DNA from: an uncultured Christensenellaceae bacterium
GTDB lineage: Bacteria > Bacillota > Clostridia > Christensenellales > UBA3700
Direction of reading: 5' to 3'
DNA length: 64,000 nucleotides
Assembly: GCA_944383895.1 (NCBI GenBank)
Contig: CALWRH010000001.1
Location: 57,199 to 121,198 of the forward strand
Shown here: piece by piece, positions 49,029 through 54,713 of the stretch
Position numbering within the stretch: position 1 is the first letter of the stretch
Layout of the letters: each line of letters begins with the position of its first letter
Notes under the pieces: model-generated
What the model saw: the letters and a program-made list of their open reading frames with translations, nothing else
The model's database searches: none
What the model was told of the DNA's origin: nothing
Program-made: the position numbers and the translations under genes

Positions 49029-49037
49029 TGCTACAAT
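49029..49037 (+). promoter_or_regulatory. Orphan extended -10 element TGCTACAAT inside the gene desert
   Basis: The same 9-mer forms the -10 of the rpsB (4930) and proC (44695) promoters. There is no good -35 and no ORF downstream. Confidence 0.3.
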
Positions 49038-50002
49038 CAATATAATTTGACATGTAAATTTAATTTCTGATTTATTAAGCAAATCAGATAACGAAAAGAC
49101 TAACAGATGTAAATTGACATTTTAATTTATAACAAATGAAAATTGATCGAATAATATATAATCGTTATGACAGTAGATATTTTAGAGCGCGTAAAATAAT
49201 TTCATAAAGCCGTCAAACAGAGCATAAAATCAGCAAAAAGCCTTAATTTATCAGGTTTCAGTCAATAAAAACAGACAAAAAATCAATTTCTATTATATTG
49301 AAAAGAGCAGATCAAATCCGCGAACGTTGTCTTGTAACAATTCAAAGAGAGTATCCGAAAATGCGGTTTATCAAAAACAAATCGACTTGACAAACAAAAG
49401 AGCACGATAAATTTTGTACCAACATATTATGGATTTTTCAGCGATACAATTCGTTTTTTATTGAATTTTTGAGAATAAAGCAGGGGGGCTGACCCTTTTC
49501 TAAACTATTCGCAAAACACAACTTTTGCGAAATAATAGCGGTAAAAAAGCAAAAAGAAGTGCGGTTTTTGGCAAAAATTGTTTTTTTAACAAAATTTACG
49601 CGATTATTGATTCGATAAAATAATTTTAATTTAATCTAAATAAGATCACAAAATTCATGTACAATTTGATTGCGTATCTGTTATCGTTATTTTAATTTGA
49701 TCACAACACTATTTTAGCGCATTAATCACTTTTTACCGTTTTGCAATCAACATGCGCCTACGACGCGCCCATTTGATTTCAACGTTATTTTGTCGACAGT
49801 TTTTATCCGTGCAAATACGCTGTGATTTACCGATTTTATCTGAACGCATGGTATTCACCGACAATTTTGATAAATTTTTTCAGTTATTACGCGTGATATT
49901 ATATTTCCGCGATTATAATCGTTCTTTATTAGAACCTAAATTATCTTGCAATCGTATCTACTATTTCTGTTATCAATTTATTCGCATAATCCTTTTATCG
50001 TA

Positions 50003-50031
50003 TTGATATTTATCAGCTTTTATGATAGAAT
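50003..50031 (+). promoter_or_regulatory. Putative promoter of the recombinase gene (TTGATA-17-TGaTAGAAT)
   Basis: TTGATA 50003-50008, 17-nt spacer ending in TGa, TAGAAT 50026-50031. It predicts a ~95-nt 5' UTR. Confidence 0.5.
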
Positions 50032-50078
50032 TTACTTATTGAAGAAAGAATATAAATTGTCAGTTAACATAACAAATT

Positions 50079-50092
50079 CAAACAATTGTTCG
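50079..50092. promoter_or_regulatory. LexA-box-like palindrome in the recombinase 5' UTR
   Basis: CAAACAATTGTTCG: the core AAAC-AATT-GTTC has one mismatch to GAAC-N4-GTTC, and AACAATTGTT is a perfect 10-bp palindrome. Confidence 0.35.
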
Positions 50093-50133
50093 TTCTCTGA
50101 AATCGGCTCAACGGACATAAAAATCGGTGAATT

Positions 50134-51195
50134 ATGGCGGAAAAATCTTATTTTGACCAAAGAAATATAGACAACACTCGCAAACTCAGAGAAATACGTC
50201 GCGATTTGCCTGCCCTTTGCAACGAATTTTTCGTCGGAATCGAAACTCGCACTTCCGTGCTCACGCGTCTTGCTTACGCATACGATCTAAGGATATTTTT
50301 CTATTTTCTGTTTACTGAAACGACTCAGTTTGCATCGTACGACGCTAAAAACTTCGATTTTGACGCACTTTGCAAAGTTACGACCAGCGATATCGAACAA
50401 TATATGGAATTTCTGAGCTATTATAAATTTGACGGCAAAGATTATGTGAATACCGAAAAAACAAAAGCTCGTAAACTCGCATCCGTAAAGTCGTTTTTCA
50501 AATATTTTTACAATAAAGACAAAATACCTGCAGATCCTGCTTCAAAAGTTCTTACGCCTAAAATTCACGATAAACCGATCATTAGGCTCGATTCTGACGA
50601 AGTTTCGCAATTGCTTGACGAAGTAGAAAGCGGCGCAAACCTGCCCTCTCAGCGTCAGGAATCCTTCCACGAAAAGACAAAAATCAGAGATCTTGCGATA
50701 ATTACGCTTTTTCTCGGTACAGGCATCCGTATAAGCGAGCTTGTCGGACTTGACGTAAGCGATATAGATTTCAATATAAACGGATTCAAAGTAACGCGAA
50801 AAGGCGGCAATCAATCTATATTGTACTTTTCTCAGGAAGTTGCAGACGCTCTTATAGCTTATCTTGACGAAAGATCGCTCGACCCCAAACTCGACAACGA
50901 ACCCGCACTCTTTTTATCCCTTCAGAAAAAACGCATGGGTGTCAGAAGCGTCGAAAAACTCGTAAAAAAATACGCAAAACTCATTACTCCGCTCAAAAAC
51001 ATTACTCCTCATAAGCTGCGCAGCACCTACGGCACTGAGCTTTATCAGGAAACCGGAGATATATACGTCGTAGCCGAAGTTCTCGGGCACCGCGATATAA
51101 ACACTACAAAGCGTCATTACGCAGCGATAAGCGAAGACATTAAACGCAGTGCGGCTCAAAAAGTAACTTTAAGAGATAAAAACAAAAAAAATTGA
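50134..51195 (+). CDS. Tyrosine site-specific recombinase, XerS-like architecture
   Basis: Catalytic set intact: GIRISE (Arg I), HKLRSTYGT (H-x-x-R), LGHRDINTTKRHY (His/Tyr). The 353-aa length, N-terminal core-binding domain and DLAII.L.L..G.R.SE....D..D......V.RKGG block resemble XerS as recalled from streptococci. Confidence 0.8.
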   Translation: MAEKSYFDQRNIDNTRKLREIRRDLPALCNEFFVGIETRTSVLTRLAYAYDLRIFFYFLFTETTQFASYDAKNFDFDALCKVTTSDIEQYMEFLSYYKFDGKDYVNTEKTKARKLASVKSFFKYFYNKDKIPADPASKVLTPKIHDKPIIRLDSDEVSQLLDEVESGANLPSQRQESFHEKTKIRDLAIITLFLGTGIRISELVGLDVSDIDFNINGFKVTRKGGNQSILYFSQEVADALIAYLDERSLDPKLDNEPALFLSLQKKRMGVRSVEKLVKKYAKLITPLKNITPHKLRSTYGTELYQETGDIYVVAEVLGHRDINTTKRHYAAISEDIKRSAAQKVTLRDKNKKN

Positions 51196-51223
51196 CACTT
51201 TTCGTATAAACTTAAAATTTCTC

Positions 51224-51252
51224 TTGCAAAATGTGAACATATGTGCTAAAAT
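51224..51252 (+). promoter_or_regulatory. lexA promoter (TTGCAA-17-TAAAAT) with a LexA operator in the spacer
   Basis: TTGCAA 51224-51229, TAAAAT 51247-51252. TGAACATATGTGCT (51234-51247) fits GAAC-N4-GTnC, the classic autoregulatory arrangement. Confidence 0.7.
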
Positions 51253-51279
51253 TATCTCAGAAAATATATGAGGTGTGCT

Positions 51280-51912
51280 ATGGCTAACGCAAAAACGCAG
51301 GAAAAGCTTGACAAAACGCTTGCATTTATAAAAGAATTTGTCAAGAAAAACAGCTATCCGCCCAGCGTGCGCGAGATCTGCAAAGCCGCAGGATTCAAAT
51401 CTACGGCATCAGTTCAGTATTATCTCGATAAACTCGAAGAACAAAATCTCATAAGGCGCTCTCTTTCTAAAAACAGAACGATAGAGCTTGTCAACAACGA
51501 CGAAGAAGACACGCCGTCTTTTGCGACCCTGCCTTTGCTCGGCAATATTGCCGCAGGTCAGCCGTTGTTTGCAGGAGTGAATAAAGACGAAAGCGTACAC
51601 GTTCCGTCTGATTATTTCAATCTTGACGACGAAATGTTCTGTCTGACAGTAAAAGGCGAAAGTATGCGCGACGTTGGCATACTCAACGGCGACTGCGTGC
51701 TGATAAAACGTCAAAGCACTGCGCGCGAAGGCGAAATAATCGTAGCACTTATAGATAACAACGAAGTCACCCTCAAACGTTTTTACAAAAAAGACGGCAA
51801 AATAGTGCTCCACCCCGAAAATTCAACAATGCAGGATATCATTATAGACAGCACGCACGACTTTGCGATACTCGGCGTTGCGAAAGGTCTTATGAGAAAC
51901 CGCATTTTCTGA
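51280..51912 (+). CDS. lexA: SOS repressor LexA
   Basis: wHTH PSVREICKAAGFKSTASVQYYLDKLE, cleavage site AAGQP, catalytic GESM and TLKRF. ATG 51280 follows GAGGTG, and an alternative in-frame ATG lies at 51268. Confidence 0.93.
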   Translation: MANAKTQEKLDKTLAFIKEFVKKNSYPPSVREICKAAGFKSTASVQYYLDKLEEQNLIRRSLSKNRTIELVNNDEEDTPSFATLPLLGNIAAGQPLFAGVNKDESVHVPSDYFNLDDEMFCLTVKGESMRDVGILNGDCVLIKRQSTAREGEIIVALIDNNEVTLKRFYKKDGKIVLHPENSTMQDIIIDSTHDFAILGVAKGLMRNRIF

Positions 51913-51937
51913 CAAAACTTTCTCTCAACGAATCAAT

Positions 51938-51962
51938 ACCGTCGCAATTGCGGCGGTTTTTT
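51938..51962 (+). terminator. Rho-independent terminator after lexA
   Basis: ACCGTCGC-aatt-GCGGCGGT (one G-U pair) followed by T6. Confidence 0.7.
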
Positions 51963-52191
51963 ATTTTGATTTGATATAACCTGCCCTTATTTGACATTAT
52001 TGTGGCATGCTATCATTTCATATTAAACTTCAACGCGCTTATACATTGCTTTCTGTACGGATTTGGCAATATTATTTGGGTTTTGTCCGCAAAACAAAAT
52101 TTCAGATGCAGCCCGTGTAGCTTTTAACAATGTTTTCAGACAGTTTTATAAGCAATTATTTATATATGATTTACAGATTTACAAATCTTGA

Positions 52192-52228
52192 GTTTGCCCG
52201 TGTTGATTATTCATCGAATATACGTTCG
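52192..52228. repeat. 37-bp module B (GTTTGCCCGTGTTG...CATCGAATATACGTTCG)
   Basis: It shares 31 of 37 positions with module C, exactly 85 bp downstream. Confidence 0.75.
52215..52228. promoter_or_regulatory. LexA-box-like site 1
   Basis: CGAATATACGTTCG matches 13 of 14 positions of CGAAC-N4-GTTCG (T for C at position 5). Confidence 0.45.
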
Positions 52229-52276
52229 TATCTCAAAATTATATTAAAAAATTTCGGATAATTCGCATATCTGTAC

Positions 52277-52313
52277 GTTTACCCGTGTAGGTTTTGCATC
52301 GAATATACGTTCG
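52277..52313. repeat. 37-bp module C (GTTTACCCGTGTAG...CATCGAATATACGTTCG)
   Basis: Direct repeat of module B. A third CCCGTGTAG lies at 52112-52120, again at an 85-bp offset. Confidence 0.75.
52300..52313. promoter_or_regulatory. LexA-box-like site 2
   Basis: Identical 14-mer CGAATATACGTTCG. Confidence 0.45.
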
Positions 52314-52371
52314 CAATTTATTTGATTGAAATTTGATTAATAAATAACACAATAACAAACAGATATTAAGA

Positions 52372-52385
52372 CGAAAATATATTCG
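52372..52385. promoter_or_regulatory. LexA-box-like site 3 (weaker)
   Basis: CGAAAATATATTCG keeps the outer CGAA/TTCG arms and has two core mismatches. Confidence 0.3.
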
Positions 52386-52484
52386 TATATAACAAAAAGG
52401 TTTCTGATTTGATTTGCGTTTACGACATAAAATAAAGAATTTTTGTCTCAAAAACAATAAACAAAATTAGTTATGATTTCAGAT

Positions 52485-52498
52485 AAAACGTATGTTCG
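52485..52498. promoter_or_regulatory. LexA-box-like site 4
   Basis: AAAACGTATGTTCG: core AAAC-GTAT-GTTC with one mismatch, in opposite orientation to sites 1 and 2. Confidence 0.35.
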
Positions 52499-52503
52499 CC
52501 ATG

Positions 52504-52532
52504 AAAAAATCCGACAAGAAAATCTTATCGGA
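52504..52532 (-). terminator. Rho-independent terminator of the minus-strand miaA-ynbB operon
   Basis: On the minus strand TCCGA-13 nt loop-TCGGA is followed by T6. The stem is short. Confidence 0.5.
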
Positions 52533-52563
52533 TCATATAAATTCTGATGGAAACAGAGCGTAA

Positions 52564-53799
52564 TTATTTGTTTTCGAGTACGCTTTGCAGGCAGTACATT
52601 GCGGCAATCTTGACGTGTTCGTAAGTCAGACCGCCTTGCAGATAGGCAATATACGGTTTTTTGATAGGAGAATCTGCTGACAATTCTATCGACGCGCCTG
52701 CAACGAAAGTACCTGCAGCCATGATAACCTGATGTTCGTAACCGGGCATATCCCAAGGGAACGGCGTAACGTTGCTGTCAACAGGCGACGCCTTCTGAAC
52801 GGCACGGCAGAAAGCAATGAGCTCCTCTTCGGTATCGAACATTATCGAACGGATTATGTCCTTGCAATCGCTGCCAGGGCGCGGCATCGTCTTATAACCG
52901 ACGCTGTCAAACACTTCGCCGAACAGTATGCTGCCTTTTATCGCCTGCATAGTGACGTGAGGAGCAAGAAAAAGCCCCTGATAAAATTCTCTGTATCCGT
53001 AAGCGTAAGAGCCGACTTCCATGCCGATCGACGGAGATGTAAGTCTGTATGCGACCTGATCGACGTATTGCTTTTTACCTACGACGTAGCCACCGCTCGG
53101 CGCAATACCTCCGCCTATGTTTTTTATAAGCGAGCCTACGGCTATATCCGCACCGACCTGCGTAGGTTCTATCTTATCGACGAATTCGCCGTAGCAGTTG
53201 TCGCACATAATAATCACGTCGGATTTGATATCCTTGACAAACTTTGCTATTTTGCCGATCTCGCGCACGTCAAGCGCATCTCTCCACTCGTAACCTCTCG
53301 ATCTTCCTACGAAAACAAGTTTTGTTTTGTCGTTTATTGCGTTTCTTATCGCATCGTAATCAAAAGCGCCGTTTACAAGATCTACCTGACGGTAACTTAC
53401 GCCGAAGTCTTTGAGCGAGCCGTTGCCGTCCCCGAGAATAACTTCTTTGAGAGTGTCGTACGGAGCTCCGCTTACGGCAAGCATTTCGTCGCCCGGTCTA
53501 AGCAATCCGTAAAGCGCGATAGTAAGCGCATGAGTGCCCGATACGATAAGCGGCGAAACTATTGCCGATTCAGCTCTGAAGACTTCTGCAAAGACTCTGC
53601 ACAGCGTATCTCTGCCAATATCGTCGTATCCGTAACCGTTGGTCTGAGCAAAATGCCTTTGACCGACGTTGTTATTGCGAAAGGCATCGAGAACTTTGTT
53701 TTGATTTTCGAGCGCTATCTGCTCGAGTTTTGCAAACGAATCGCGGCAACGCGATTCTGCGTCCTGTACGGTTTTGATTATCTTTTCTTCAAATTGCAT
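52564..53799 (-). CDS. ynbB: PLP-dependent methionine gamma-lyase-family protein (YnbB / aluminium-resistance family)
   Basis: 411 aa. N-terminus ...LDAFRNNNVGQRHFAQTNGYGYDDIGRDTL... and the SLIKNIGGGIAPSGGY Lys region are typical of this family. Confidence 0.85.
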   Translation of the reverse strand: MQFEEKIIKTVQDAESRCRDSFAKLEQIALENQNKVLDAFRNNNVGQRHFAQTNGYGYDDIGRDTLCRVFAEVFRAESAIVSPLIVSGTHALTIALYGLLRPGDEMLAVSGAPYDTLKEVILGDGNGSLKDFGVSYRQVDLVNGAFDYDAIRNAINDKTKLVFVGRSRGYEWRDALDVREIGKIAKFVKDIKSDVIIMCDNCYGEFVDKIEPTQVGADIAVGSLIKNIGGGIAPSGGYVVGKKQYVDQVAYRLTSPSIGMEVGSYAYGYREFYQGLFLAPHVTMQAIKGSILFGEVFDSVGYKTMPRPGSDCKDIIRSIMFDTEEELIAFCRAVQKASPVDSNVTPFPWDMPGYEHQVIMAAGTFVAGASIELSADSPIKKPYIAYLQGGLTYEHVKIAAMYCLQSVLENK

Positions 53800-53807
53800 A
53801 ATGTTAT

Positions 53808-54713
53808 TCAGCCTCTTAAAAAATCTTTTACAGTGTTGATTATCTTGTCGATATCGCCCGGGTCTATATTGTGAGCGAATTTATAACGCTTGAACCAGCT
53901 TATCTGACGTTTTGCGTAGTGTCTTGTATTTATCTTTATCTGTGATTTTACGTCGTCCAGAGAAATTTTGCCGTCGAAATAATCGAAAAATTCTTTATAT
54001 CCGATGGCTTGCATGCTTTGAGAATTTTTATTGACGAGCCCGCGTTCAAGCAAAGACTCGACTTCTTGCAAAAGCCCCTGACGGAACATATGTTCAACTC
54101 TTTCGTCAATTCTCGCATACAGTTTTTCGCGCGGTATATCGAGAGTGAAAAGACATACGTCGTATTGCGGCTCCCTCAGTTCTGCTTTATTTTTTACGCC
54201 GCCCGAAAGCTCTATGATTTCAAGAGCACGGATAAGACGTTTCGTATTGTTCGGATGTATCTTTGCCGCGTCTTCGGGATCTGCCATTTCAAGTCTTTGG
54301 TGCAATTTTTCTGCGCCGAGTTCTTCGAGTTCTCGCATAAGCTTAATGCGAACTTCCTCGTCTTTATTAACTGAAAAATTCAGCGGATAGATTATAGATT
54401 CGGCATACAGTCCCGTGCCTCCGACAATTATAGGCAATTTACCTCTGTCTGATATATCTTCTATCGCAGATTTTGCCGCTACCGAATACTCCCAAACGCT
54501 GTATTCGTCCGCAGGATCGGCAACGTCTATCATATAATGTTTTACCCCCTGCATTTCTTCGGGCTTTATCTTCGCCGTGCCTACGTCGAGCTGTCGATAT
54601 ATCTGCATACTGTCGCAAGACACGATCTCTCCGTCGAATTCTTTAGCAAGTTTTATCGCAAGATCGGATTTACCTGACGCGGTAGGTCCTGCTATCATCA
54701 GGATTTTCTTCAT
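53808..54713 (-). CDS. miaA: tRNA dimethylallyltransferase
   Basis: P-loop GPTASGKS, plus SCDSMQIYR and VGGTGLY motifs. Confidence 0.93.
   Translation of the reverse strand: MKKILMIAGPTASGKSDLAIKLAKEFDGEIVSCDSMQIYRQLDVGTAKIKPEEMQGVKHYMIDVADPADEYSVWEYSVAAKSAIEDISDRGKLPIIVGGTGLYAESIIYPLNFSVNKDEEVRIKLMRELEELGAEKLHQRLEMADPEDAAKIHPNNTKRLIRALEIIELSGGVKNKAELREPQYDVCLFTLDIPREKLYARIDERVEHMFRQGLLQEVESLLERGLVNKNSQSMQAIGYKEFFDYFDGKISLDDVKSQIKINTRHYAKRQISWFKRYKFAHNIDPGDIDKIINTVKDFLRG

Noticed and set aside
48938-50133. The AT-rich desert considered as a replication origin (oriC).
   Set aside because: Only isolated degenerate DnaA-box-like 9-mers are present (TGTGGAAAA at 48974, TTATCCGTG at 49803). There is no cluster, and dnaA, dnaN and rpmH are not nearby. 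Flanking gene orientation converges rather than diverges.
49752-50170. ORFs 49752-50006 (84 aa) and 49946-50170 (74 aa) in the gene desert.
   Set aside because: AT-rich low-complexity translations with no RBS. The second overlaps the predicted recombinase promoter and start codon.
52239-52457. A 72-codon minus-strand ORF in the tract downstream of lexA, considered as a possible SOS-induced small protein analogous to YneA or SosA.
   Set aside because: It starts with TTG, has no Shine-Dalgarno sequence, and has basic low-complexity composition without a convincing TM helix. It also runs straight through the repeat modules. The other ATG-initiated frames I found in this tract are at most 43 codons, and those I inspected have no RBS.
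48878-52563. A canonical 28-bp XerCD dif site with a TTATGTnAAnT arm.
   Set aside because: The best partial hits (ACATGTAAATT at 49049, TTATGGATTTT at 49426, reverse complement of 52421-52431) match at most 8 of 11 positions in the XerD arm and have no acceptable XerC arm.
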